From Flavobacteriales bacterium (lineage in GTDB: Bacteria; Bacteroidota; Bacteroidia; Flavobacteriales; Flavobacteriaceae), in the NCBI GenBank assembly GCA_042090925.1, contig JBELIL010000001.1, positions 1 through 52,752 of the forward strand: a DNA stretch of 52,752 nucleotides. The letters are read 5' to 3'. The notes beneath the pieces were generated by a model, which was not told where the DNA came from, searched no databases, and saw only the letters and a list, made by a program, of their open reading frames with translations. The position numbers were made by a program, and so were the translations under genes. Below are positions 37,686 through 46,409 of this stretch, in pieces; position 1 is the first letter of the stretch; each line of letters opens with the position of its first letter.

Positions 37686-39455
37686 ATGTCCTATATGTTT
37701 AGAACATCTAATTGCGGCGAATTAACTATTTCTAATGTAGGAGAAATAGTTACCCTAGCCGGTTGGGTAAGCCGTATAAGAGATAAAGGTTTTGTTTTGT
37801 GGATTGATCTAAGAGATATGTATGGAATTACTCAGATTATTTTTGATGAAAAAAGATCTAGTATTGAATTTATGGATAAAGTAAGAAAAATCCATAGAGA
37901 ATATGTAATTCAAATTAAAGGAAAAGTAATTGAAAGAGAATCTAAAAATCTAGATATAAATACAGGTGATATAGAAATTTTAGCAACTTCATTAGATGTT
38001 TTAAATGAAGCTAAAATACCACCTTTTACAATAGAAAATAAAACAGACGGCGGTGAAGAACTAAGAATGAAATATAGGTATTTGGACATTAGAAGACCCG
38101 TGATTCAAAATAATCTACTTATGAGGTCAAATCTTAGCCTAGAAATAAGAAAATTTCTAGTTTCTAAAGAGTTTGTTGAAGTTGAAACTCCTTATTTAAT
38201 AAAATCTACACCAGAGGGTGCGAGAGATTTTATTGTTCCTTCAAGAATGAATAAAGGAGATTTCTATGCTTTACCACAATCGCCTCAAACTTTTAAACAA
38301 CTACTAATGGTATCTGGTATTGATAAATATTACCAAATAGTAAAATGTTTTAGGGATGAAGACTTAAGATCCGATAGACAGCCAGAATTTACTCAAATTG
38401 ACTGTGAAATGTCGTTTGTAAATGAAGAAGATGTTTTAAACGAATTTGAAAAACTTATAAAATTTATATTTGAAAAATTTAAAGGTATTAAATTCAATAC
38501 ATTTCCAAGAATTACCTATTCTGAAGCAATTCAGAAATATGGGAATGATAAACCTGATATTCGATTTGGTATGGAGTTTGGTAATTTAACCAAAGTTGTC
38601 CACGGGAAAAATTTTAAAATTTTTGATTCTCAAGAACTAGTTTTGGGAATATCAGTGCCAAATGGAGCTAGTTTTTCACGAAAACAAATTGATAATTTAA
38701 TTGAGTTTAGCAAATCCCATGAAGAAGGGGCAAACGGTATTGTCTGGGTAAAACATGACGAAGAAGGAACCTTCAAATCGTCTGTAGATAAATTTTTCAC
38801 CTCAAAAGATTTGTCCATGTGGGCCAAAATTTTAGTTTGCAAACCTGGTGATTTAATGCTCGTTATTTCAGGTCAGAAAACCGAAGTTTACAAGCAATTA
38901 TCTTTATTGAGGATAGAAGTTGCAAATCGTCTAGATTTAAAAAATAATGAAGAGTTTGCCCCTTTGTGGATAACTGACTTCCCGCTATTTAATTGGAGCG
39001 AAGAAAAAAATGGATTTGATTCTGTCCATCATCCTTTCACAGCACCGAAAGATGAAGATTTGGAGTTATTGGAGAAGAACCCAGAGCTAGTAAAATCAAA
39101 AGCATACGACTTGGTTCTAAATGGAAATGAAATAGGAGGCGGATCTATTCGAATCCATAATGAAAATATACAAAGAAAAATTTTTAAAATTCTTGGTCTA
39201 TCTGATAAAGCATCTGATGATCAGTTTGGATTTCTTATAAATTCTTTTAAATATGGTGCTCCTCCTCACGGAGGAATAGCTATAGGTTTTGACAGACTTG
39301 TAGCCATTCTAAACGGACAAGAGTCTATCAGAGACTTCATTGCTTTTCCAAAAAATAATCAAGGTAAAGACATTATGTTAAATTCACCTTCCTCAATTAG
39401 TAGAGAACAGCTTGAAGAATTAAATTTAAAATTTAATAAACTAAAAAATATATGA
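37686..39455 (+). CDS. aspS: aspartate--tRNA ligase
   Basis: 589 aa. OB-fold N-terminus (RTSNCGEL...GWV), class II motifs (FRDEDLRSDRQPEFTQID, GGGSIRIH, GIAIGFDRL). Confidence 0.95.
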   Translation: MSYMFRTSNCGELTISNVGEIVTLAGWVSRIRDKGFVLWIDLRDMYGITQIIFDEKRSSIEFMDKVRKIHREYVIQIKGKVIERESKNLDINTGDIEILATSLDVLNEAKIPPFTIENKTDGGEELRMKYRYLDIRRPVIQNNLLMRSNLSLEIRKFLVSKEFVEVETPYLIKSTPEGARDFIVPSRMNKGDFYALPQSPQTFKQLLMVSGIDKYYQIVKCFRDEDLRSDRQPEFTQIDCEMSFVNEEDVLNEFEKLIKFIFEKFKGIKFNTFPRITYSEAIQKYGNDKPDIRFGMEFGNLTKVVHGKNFKIFDSQELVLGISVPNGASFSRKQIDNLIEFSKSHEEGANGIVWVKHDEEGTFKSSVDKFFTSKDLSMWAKILVCKPGDLMLVISGQKTEVYKQLSLLRIEVANRLDLKNNEEFAPLWITDFPLFNWSEEKNGFDSVHHPFTAPKDEDLELLEKNPELVKSKAYDLVLNGNEIGGGSIRIHNENIQRKIFKILGLSDKASDDQFGFLINSFKYGAPPHGGIAIGFDRLVAILNGQESIRDFIAFPKNNQGKDIMLNSPSSISREQLEELNLKFNKLKNI

Positions 39456-39676
39456 GAATTTTTCTCAATGTTTTATTTTGGGGCCTAACGTCATTTCTAG
39501 TTTGTGGCTTATATCTTAAAGAGAAAGGGGCCAGCGATATAAGTGAACTATTGATTGGTTTTTCAGTTTTTTTACTTAGCTTTTTATATCTCCCATTCTT
39601 TTTATATCACAGATACAGAGGGAAAGATCTTTCAAAGTATACTTTTGACTATAAAAAATTAAGAAAAAAAGAATAA
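39452..39676 (+). CDS. small two-helix membrane protein, function unknown
   Basis: 74 aa with two hydrophobic helices and a basic C-terminus. The start overlaps the aspS stop (ATGA), which suggests translational coupling. Confidence 0.45.
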   Translation: MRIFLNVLFWGLTSFLVCGLYLKEKGASDISELLIGFSVFLLSFLYLPFFLYHRYRGKDLSKYTFDYKKLRKKE

Positions 39677-39809
39677 TTTTTGAAAATAACTGAATTTTTT
39701 TAATGATAATTGCCTTTTTGATAAAAAAATATCTAAAAGAACAAATTTATTAATAACATAACTTAAGATACCAATTCATTAGCGTATATTCGTAGCTTAT
39801 TATTATTAA

Positions 39810-40001
39810 ATGCAAGGAAAAGTAAAATTTTTTAATTCCTCTAAAGGTTATGGGTTTATAGTCGATGACGAAACTGGTGATGATGTTTTTGTTCATGTTA
39901 CATCTCTTAATGGTCTTAAGATCAATGAAGGAGACAAAGTCGAATACGTAATTGAAGAAGGGGAAAGAGGTAAAACCGCTACGAATATTCAATTAGTTTA
40001 A
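39810..40001 (+). CDS. cold-shock protein (CspA family)
   Basis: 63 aa. RNP1 KGYGFI and RNP2 VFVH motifs. Confidence 0.95.
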   Translation: MQGKVKFFNSSKGYGFIVDDETGDDVFVHVTSLNGLKINEGDKVEYVIEEGERGKTATNIQLV

Positions 40002-40463
40002 TTTTAGATTATTATAATTTCGTTTTTTTTTAAAAAAAAGATTTATTAATTCTTCTGATTCTCTCTTTAAAACCCCACCTTTTGTGGTTATATTTTTATG
40101 AAGGAATCTTTTTGAATCGAAACCTATTCTTTTATTAGTATCCGATGCCCCGTAAACTATACGTTTAATTTGCGAATGTTTGAGCGCCGCCATACACATT
40201 GCACAAGGTTCAAGTGTTACGTAAATAGTACACCCTATTAGATATTTTCCTCCAATATAATTTGAAGCAGAAGTAATAGCTAACATTTCAGCGTGAGCGG
40301 TCACATCACTTAACTGCTCGGTCATATTATGAGTTCTTGAAATTATTTTATCTTTTATGATAATTACTGCCCCAATTGGTATTTCATTTTTTTGAAAAGC
40401 TAATTTGGCTTCCTCCAACGCTTTACTCATAAAATATTTATCTTTTAAAAATTGGTTACTCAT
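39993..40463 (-). CDS. tadA: tRNA-specific adenosine deaminase
   Basis: 156 aa. Zinc motifs HAEMLAI and PCAMC. Its stop region overlaps the end of the csp gene by 9 nt, convergently. Confidence 0.88.
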   Translation of the reverse strand: MSNQFLKDKYFMSKALEEAKLAFQKNEIPIGAVIIIKDKIISRTHNMTEQLSDVTAHAEMLAITSASNYIGGKYLIGCTIYVTLEPCAMCMAALKHSQIKRIVYGASDTNKRIGFDSKRFLHKNITTKGGVLKRESEELINLFFKKKRNYNNLKLN

Positions 40464-40572
40464 TTAAAAATAAATTATGTTATTTAGATTAATTTAGATA
40501 CTAAAATTGCTATATAATTTCGACTACTTGATTTGAATATAAAAAACTAGTAAATCGACTTGAAACTTATTA

Positions 40573-43377
40573 ATGCAAGAAAAGAAAAAAATATATTTTA
40601 TCGATGCCTATGCATTGATTTTTAGAGGATATTATGCTTTTATAAAGAATCCTATTGTAAACTCTAAAGGATTTAATACTTCCGCAATTTACGGATTTAT
40701 GAACTCTTTACTTGATTTAATTAAAAGAGAAAATCCAAAATACGTTGGAGTTTGTTTTGATAAAGGTGGTTCAGCAAGCAGGTCAGAAATTTTCTCAGAT
40801 TATAAAGCAAATCGTCTTGAAACTCCCGAAGCAATAACTTTAGGTATTCCGTATATAAAGGAAATCCTAACTGCAATGGATATCTCAACTGTAGAAATAG
40901 AGGGGTATGAAGCGGATGACATTATTGGAACTCTAGCTAAAAAAGCAGAAAAAGATGATTTTAATGTTTTCATGGTAACTCCAGACAAAGACTTCGCGCA
41001 ATTAGTTTCTAAAAATATTTTTATTTATAAACCCGCACGTATGGGTAATGACATTGAAATAATGGGCATAAAAGAAGTTACTGAAAAATTTGAAATTGAA
41101 AATCCAAAACAAGTAATTGATTATCTTGGAATGGTTGGTGATAGCGTGGATAATATTCCTGGTCTTCAGGGAGTAGGAGATAAGACAGCAAAAAAATTCA
41201 TCAAAGAATTTGGTAGCATTGAAAATTTATTAGAAAACACCGATAAAATAAAAGGAAAACTTAGAGAAAAAGTTGAGTCCAACAAAGATTTAGGACTACT
41301 TTCAAAAAAACTTGCTCAGATTATTTTAGACGTACCAGTGGATTTTGAGAAGACAAAATTTAAATTAGAACACCCCGATTCCGGAAGGCTAAATGTAATT
41401 TTTGAAGAACTTGAATTTAAAAGAATTAAAGAAACTACTCAAAAAATATTTTTTGGTATTAATAAAGATTTGGCTGTTTTAAAAGAGACTACAAACTCTA
41501 AAAAAAAAGAAGGTTTGCAAACAAACATTTTTGACAACTTGGTAGAAGAGAAAAGTGATGAATTAAAAAAATTAGGCACCCTGAAACATTATTATCAAAC
41601 AATAAATACAAGTTTGGGTTTTGATTTGTTTTTGAGTAAACTATTAAAACAAAACTTTGTATCGTTCGATACAGAAACTACTAGTTTAAATGCTCTAAAG
41701 GCGGAGTTGGTTGGGATAGCTTTTTCATGGGAAAGAGGGACTGGATACTATTTACCACTCCCTGAAAATAGAAATCAATGTAAAATTCTTATTTTAAAAC
41801 TTAAACCTTTTTTTGAAAGTGAAAAAATTAAAAAAATTGGTCATAATTTAAAATATGATATCAAAGTTTTAACTAATTATTCTGTGTATGTTAAAGGACC
41901 TCTCTATGATACGATGATAGCTCATTATTTAATAAACCCCGATGGACGACATAATTTAGACTTTTTAGCTGAAAAGTATCTAAATTATAAATGCAAGCCA
42001 ATTACTGACTTAATTGGCCCCAGAGGTAAGAATCAAAAAAACATGAGAGATATTTTGATTGAAGACCAAAAAGAATATGCTGTTGAAGATGCAGACATTA
42101 CATTACAACTTAAAAATTGTTTTGATCAATTAAATAAAGATGTTCAAAATGAAAAACTTTTAAATGAAGTTGAGTTCCCGTTAATAAAGGTTTTATCAAA
42201 AATGGAGTCTGAGGGAGTTAATTTAGATTCAAAATTTTTGGAACAAATGGAAATTGATTTGGATAAAGAAATAAACGAAATTGAAAAAATTATTTTTCAA
42301 AGTGCTGGTCAATCTTTCAATCTATCTTCTCCAAAACAGTTAGGTATAGTTTTATTCGAAAAATTAAAATTAGTTGACAAACCAAAAAAAACTAGAACAG
42401 GGCAGTACTCTACATCCGAAGAAGTACTTTCAATACTTGCTAAAAAACATAAAATAATTGATGACATTTTAAATTGGAGATCTTTAAACAAATTACAAAC
42501 TACTTACGTAAAAGCATTACCAACAGAGGTGAGTTCAAAAACAAACAGAATTCATACCGTTTTTAATCAAGCCGTTGCATCTACCGGAAGATTGACTTCG
42601 AATAAACCTAATTTGCAAAATATACCTGTTAGAACGAAGAAAGGTCAACTAATTAGAAAGGCTTTTATTCCTAGAGACAAAAATCATCTTATAATTTGTG
42701 CAGATTATTCTCAAATTGAACTAAGAATAATCGCTTCATTAAGTGAAGATTTAAATATGATTAAAGCTTTTAATGAAGGTAAAGATATTCACCTATCAAC
42801 AGCTGCCAAAGTTTATAATATTCCTGAGGATAGTGTTACCCGGAGACAAAGATCAAATGCGAAAACTGTTAATTTTGGAATAATTTACGGTGTGTCTGCC
42901 TTTGGATTAAGTCAACAAACGGATTTAAATAGAATTGAGTCCAAGGAGATGATCGATACATATTATAAAAGCTATCCTAAATTAAAAGAATACATGTCCT
43001 CTCAAATTCAATTTGCACGTGAAAATGGTTTTGTATCGACATTACTCAAAAGGAGGAGATATTTAAAAGATATTAACTCTCAAAATGCAATTGTTAGGGG
43101 TGCTGCAGAAAGAACCGCTATAAATGCACCTGTACAAGGATCAGCAGCCGATATAATCAAATTAGCTATGATTCAAATCGATAAAAAAATTTACAAGGAA
43201 AAGTTACAAAGTCGAATGATCCTTCAGGTACACGACGAATTAGTTTTTGATGTTCCTAAAGAGGAAAAAGATGTACTATCTAAAATTGTTAAAATAGAAA
43301 TGGAGAATGCCTTAGAAATTAAAGTCCCTCTAGTTGTAGACTTAGAAATAGGTAAAAACTGGCTTGAAGCTCACTGA
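40573..43377 (+). CDS. polA: DNA polymerase I
   Basis: 934 aa. Has a 5'-3' exonuclease domain, a 3'-5' exonuclease domain (FDTETT) and family A polymerase motifs (DYSQIELR, KTVNFGIIYG, QVHDE). Confidence 0.97.
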   Translation: MQEKKKIYFIDAYALIFRGYYAFIKNPIVNSKGFNTSAIYGFMNSLLDLIKRENPKYVGVCFDKGGSASRSEIFSDYKANRLETPEAITLGIPYIKEILTAMDISTVEIEGYEADDIIGTLAKKAEKDDFNVFMVTPDKDFAQLVSKNIFIYKPARMGNDIEIMGIKEVTEKFEIENPKQVIDYLGMVGDSVDNIPGLQGVGDKTAKKFIKEFGSIENLLENTDKIKGKLREKVESNKDLGLLSKKLAQIILDVPVDFEKTKFKLEHPDSGRLNVIFEELEFKRIKETTQKIFFGINKDLAVLKETTNSKKKEGLQTNIFDNLVEEKSDELKKLGTLKHYYQTINTSLGFDLFLSKLLKQNFVSFDTETTSLNALKAELVGIAFSWERGTGYYLPLPENRNQCKILILKLKPFFESEKIKKIGHNLKYDIKVLTNYSVYVKGPLYDTMIAHYLINPDGRHNLDFLAEKYLNYKCKPITDLIGPRGKNQKNMRDILIEDQKEYAVEDADITLQLKNCFDQLNKDVQNEKLLNEVEFPLIKVLSKMESEGVNLDSKFLEQMEIDLDKEINEIEKIIFQSAGQSFNLSSPKQLGIVLFEKLKLVDKPKKTRTGQYSTSEEVLSILAKKHKIIDDILNWRSLNKLQTTYVKALPTEVSSKTNRIHTVFNQAVASTGRLTSNKPNLQNIPVRTKKGQLIRKAFIPRDKNHLIICADYSQIELRIIASLSEDLNMIKAFNEGKDIHLSTAAKVYNIPEDSVTRRQRSNAKTVNFGIIYGVSAFGLSQQTDLNRIESKEMIDTYYKSYPKLKEYMSSQIQFARENGFVSTLLKRRRYLKDINSQNAIVRGAAERTAINAPVQGSAADIIKLAMIQIDKKIYKEKLQSRMILQVHDELVFDVPKEEKDVLSKIVKIEMENALEIKVPLVVDLEIGKNWLEAH

Positions 43378-43381
43378 TTTT

Positions 43382-44203
43382 TTAAACCAGAGAAACCCTT
43401 ACAAATGATTTTATACTTAAATCCTTATCTATAGACTTAACATAGTCTTGCACTGAAATCTTAGAATCTTTTATATAAGATTGATTTGTAAGTGTGTTAT
43501 CCTTGTAAAACCTCTTTAGTTTTCCAACAATAATGTTATCTATGATATTTTCTGGCCTTCCTTCCTTAATTAACTGTTCTTTTATAATTTCAGTTTCTTT
43601 CTCAACTATGCTCGAATCGACAGAATTTTCGTCAAGGGCCAATGGATTCATAGCTGCCACTTGCATTGCAACGTTTTTTGACACATCTTCGGAAAATGGT
43701 AGTGAATCTGAAAGTGCAACTAATGAAGCAATTTTATTTCCTGCATGTACATAACCACCAATATATTTTCCAGATAATTTTTGGAAGTTTCCAATTTCTA
43801 TTTTTTCTCCAATTATTCCAGTTTGCTCGACTAATCTATCTGATATGCTTAAACTACCGGTTTTTGAATTAAGAAGATCTTCTATAGAATTTACGTTTTC
43901 TGCTATCTCTAGAATTTCAGTAGCAAAACTTAAAAAATCTTTATTCTTGGCAACAAAGTCAGTTTCACAATTTAAAGAAATTATAACTCCTTCTACTTTT
44001 TCTTGATTTGTCTTTAACAAAACGACACCTTCAGCAGATTCTCTTTCAGCCCTATTTGCAGCAACTTTTTGTCCTTTTTTTCTCAATATCTCAATTGCCT
44101 TTTCGTGATCTCCATTTGCTTCAACTAAAGCCTTTTTACAATCCATCATTCCAGCACCAGTAGATTTTCTTAAATCATTAACCTCAGTTGCGGTGATTTT
44201 CAT
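43382..44203 (-). CDS. tsf: translation elongation factor Ts
   Basis: About 274 aa starting MKITATEVNDLRKSTGAGMMDCKKAL (UBA-like EF-Ts N-terminus). The longer track ORF (to 44347) runs into rpsB and its extra residues show no similarity, so I use the start at 44203. Confidence 0.93.
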   Translation of the reverse strand: MKITATEVNDLRKSTGAGMMDCKKALVEANGDHEKAIEILRKKGQKVAANRAERESAEGVVLLKTNQEKVEGVIISLNCETDFVAKNKDFLSFATEILEIAENVNSIEDLLNSKTGSLSISDRLVEQTGIIGEKIEIGNFQKLSGKYIGGYVHAGNKIASLVALSDSLPFSEDVSKNVAMQVAAMNPLALDENSVDSSIVEKETEIIKEQLIKEGRPENIIDNIIVGKLKRFYKDNTLTNQSYIKDSKISVQDYVKSIDKDLSIKSFVRVSLV

Positions 44204-44213
44204 AAGTGATAAA

Positions 44214-45035
44214 TTATTTAATTTTTTTGTCCCCTTCATCCTTATTTTTGGAGTCGACTTTTTCGTTTGATTTACTTGTTTCAGATTTAATTTCAAGACT
44301 TTCGGATGAATCTCTTGATTCAGAATTGGCTGCAGCATCTTTTTCATTCTGCCTCAATTTAAGACCATCTTTAATGGCGTCGACAACAATGGTCAATATT
44401 TTTTTGATTGCTTTTGAAGCGTCATCATTTGAAGGGATAGGATAATCTATATCTCTTGGATCAGAATTTGTGTCAACCATAGCAAAAATCGGTATTTTAA
44501 GTTTTTGCGATTCCTTAACAGCAATATTTTCCCGTTTTACGTCTACTATAAATATAGCTCCGGGTTGTCTTGTCATATCTGATATTGATCCTAAATTTTT
44601 TTCTAGTTTAGCTCTATTTCGGTCTACTTGAAGTCTTTCTTTTTTTGATAATGTTTCAAATGTTCCATCTTTTTTCATTCTATCAATCGAAGCCATCTTT
44701 TTTACAGCTTTACGTATAGTGACAAAATTTGTTAACATCCCTCCAGGCCATCTTTCTGTGATATATGGCATTTTAATATCTATCATTAATTCAGATACTA
44801 TATCTTTAGCCTGCTTTTTAGTTGCCACAAATAAGATTTTTCTTCCTGTGGATGCAATTTTTTTTAAGGCCTCACATGCCTCTTGCAGTTTTGCAGATGT
44901 TTTATATAAGTTAATTATATGGATTCCATTTTTTTCAGAATAAATATAATTAGACATGTTTGGATTCCACTTTCTAGTAAGATGGCCAAAGTGAACTCCT
45001 GAATCAATAAGATCTTTTATTTCAACTTTTTGCAT
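44214..45035 (-). CDS. rpsB: 30S ribosomal protein S2
   Basis: 273 aa. Conserved S2 core (GVHFGH, ERW.GGMLTNF) plus a low-complexity acidic/lysine C-terminal tail. Confidence 0.96.
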   Translation of the reverse strand: MQKVEIKDLIDSGVHFGHLTRKWNPNMSNYIYSEKNGIHIINLYKTSAKLQEACEALKKIASTGRKILFVATKKQAKDIVSELMIDIKMPYITERWPGGMLTNFVTIRKAVKKMASIDRMKKDGTFETLSKKERLQVDRNRAKLEKNLGSISDMTRQPGAIFIVDVKRENIAVKESQKLKIPIFAMVDTNSDPRDIDYPIPSNDDASKAIKKILTIVVDAIKDGLKLRQNEKDAAANSESRDSSESLEIKSETSKSNEKVDSKNKDEGDKKIK

Positions 45036-45039
45036 CTAA

Positions 45040-45426
45040 TTAACGTTTGGAAAATTGGAATTTCTTTCTTGCTTTTTTCCGTCCATATTTTTTTCTTTCA
45101 ACATTTCTTGAGTCTCTAGTAAGTAACCCGTCAGGTTTTAAAATTTTTCTATTTTCTTCATTCAAAACACAAAGGGCTTTTGATATTGCAAGTCTAATTG
45201 CCTCTACTTGACCATTAACACCACCTCCAACTACATTAACGTTTATACTATATTGGTCAAGGGTATTTGTGAGACTTAAGGGTTGTAATAGTTTGAACTG
45301 AGACATAGCAGTTGGAAAATATTCTTTGAAACTCTTAGAATTTATGTTTATTTCGGATTTACCCTTGGAAATGAATAATCTAGCTATTGACTTCTTTCTT
45401 CTTCCTGTAGCATGAATTTTTTCCAT
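45040..45426 (-). CDS. rpsI: 30S ribosomal protein S9
   Basis: 128 aa. GRRK near the N-terminus and the C-terminus ...RDSR.VERKKYG..KARK..QFSKR. Confidence 0.96.
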   Translation of the reverse strand: MEKIHATGRRKKSIARLFISKGKSEININSKSFKEYFPTAMSQFKLLQPLSLTNTLDQYSINVNVVGGGVNGQVEAIRLAISKALCVLNEENRKILKPDGLLTRDSRNVERKKYGRKKARKKFQFSKR

Positions 45427-45428
45427 TA

Positions 45429-45878
45429 TTAAATATTTATTTTAAATTCTTCTGGATTTAAATTTTCGAACTTATGATTTTCTCCATTAACAACTCTGAG
45501 GTTTTTAAAAATTGAAGAACCCAATTTGTTTTTTGGAAGCATTCCCCTAACAGCTTTTTCGATTAATATTGAAGGGTTTTTAGAAAAAATTTGTTCTGCG
45601 GTTAATGATTTTTGGCCACCAGGATAACCAGTATATCTTATATAAGTTTTTTCTTTCCATTTATTGCCAGACAATTTAATTTTTTCAGCATTTTTGACAA
45701 TAACATTGTCTCCACAATCGACGTGTGGAGTAAAATATGGCTTATTCTTGCCTCTAATTAAAGTCGCTACTTGAGTCGCAAGTCTTCCTAAAGAAACATC
45801 TGACGCATCTACCATTAACCATTTTTTTTCAATGCTTGATGAATTAACCGACTTTGTGTAAATAATCTTTTTTTTCAG
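45429..45878 (-). CDS. rplM: 50S ribosomal protein L13 (start codon uncertain, probably non-canonical)
   Basis: The L13 core is unambiguous (GRLATQVATLIRGK, TPHVDCGDNVIV). The first ATG (45815) falls inside the conserved WxxVDA strand. The in-frame upstream sequence IIYTKSVNSSSIEKKW aligns with the L13 N-terminus. It contains no ATG, GTG or TTG before the in-frame stop at 45918-45920. Candidate starts are CTG at 45878, ATT at 45866 and ATT at 45863. Confidence 0.85.
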   Translation of the reverse strand: MKKKIIYTKSVNSSSIEKKWLMVDASDVSLGRLATQVATLIRGKNKPYFTPHVDCGDNVIVKNAEKIKLSGNKWKEKTYIRYTGYPGGQKSLTAEQIFSKNPSILIEKAVRGMLPKNKLGSSIFKNLRVVNGENHKFENLNPEEFKINI

Positions 45879-45904
45879 AGCTGTAGCTTTTATATAAGTG
45901 CGTG

Positions 45905-45912
45905 CAAATGTA
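45905..45912 (-). promoter_or_regulatory. candidate -7 promoter box (TACATTTG) for rplM-rpsI-rpsB-tsf
   Basis: Exact TAnnTTTG match on the minus strand, placed between the in-frame stop (45918-45920) and the candidate non-canonical starts. Confidence 0.45.
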
Positions 45913-45960
45913 ATACATTAATTTTTTATTCCCAATTAGGGAAGAAAAATTAATTTATAA

Positions 45961-46365
45961 TTAAAAAGGCAAATCATCTTCTACTTCTTTGTCCTCGTCT
46001 GATTTTTCCTCAAAACCTGGAGCCTCATCCGGTGGTGGAATCATATCTTTTTCAACAAATTCCTCCTTTTCGATTCTCCAACCGTGTATTGAATTAAAAT
46101 ATTTGATTTCTCCTTCTGGATTTTCCCACTCTCTTCCTCTAAGATTGATACTAATTTTTACATTTTCACCAACATTAAAGGAATCTAGTAATTCACATCT
46201 ATCTTGTATGAACTCAATTAATAAATGTTGAGGATATTGTTCTTGAGTTGTTATAACAACTTCTCTCTTTCTAAAACCATTGTCTCCATATGTTTTAATT
46301 TCTCCTAAAACTTTAATTTTTCCTAGTACTTCCACATTATTTATTTTTATATCAAAAATAAACAT
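45961..46365 (-). CDS. DUF3127-family OB-fold-like protein with an acidic SSB-type C-terminal tip (DDLPF)
   Basis: 134 aa. The core (GFRKREVVITT..QYPQHLLIEF...GENVKISINLRGREW...YFNSIHGWRIE) matches my memory of DUF3127. The tail is EEKSDEDKEVEDDLPF. Confidence 0.65.
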   Translation of the reverse strand: MFIFDIKINNVEVLGKIKVLGEIKTYGDNGFRKREVVITTQEQYPQHLLIEFIQDRCELLDSFNVGENVKISINLRGREWENPEGEIKYFNSIHGWRIEKEEFVEKDMIPPPDEAPGFEEKSDEDKEVEDDLPF

Positions 46366-46409
46366 TCAAATCGAATTTCATAAATTAGAAGCAAATAAGA
46401 TATTTTCTG

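Noticed and set aside
39750-39992. An 80-aa minus-strand ORF overlaps the cold-shock gene.
   Set aside because: The plus-strand 63-aa product has textbook RNP1 and RNP2 cold-shock motifs. The antisense ORF has no recognisable features and would start inside tadA-proximal sequence.
44204-44347. A 48-codon N-terminal extension of the tsf ORF runs into rpsB.
   Set aside because: The conserved EF-Ts N-terminus (MKITATEVNDLRKSTGAGMMDCKKAL) starts at the ATG at 44203. The extension overlaps the rpsB C-terminal coding region and resembles nothing.
45868-45916. rplM might start at the out-of-frame upstream ATG (45914-45916), joined through an indel in the A8 run.
   Set aside because: Removing one A would join the frames, but the resulting N-terminus (MYYICTHLYKSYSSEKK...) is unrelated to L13. 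That ATG also lies upstream of the candidate -7 box. A non-canonical in-frame start explains the conserved residues better.
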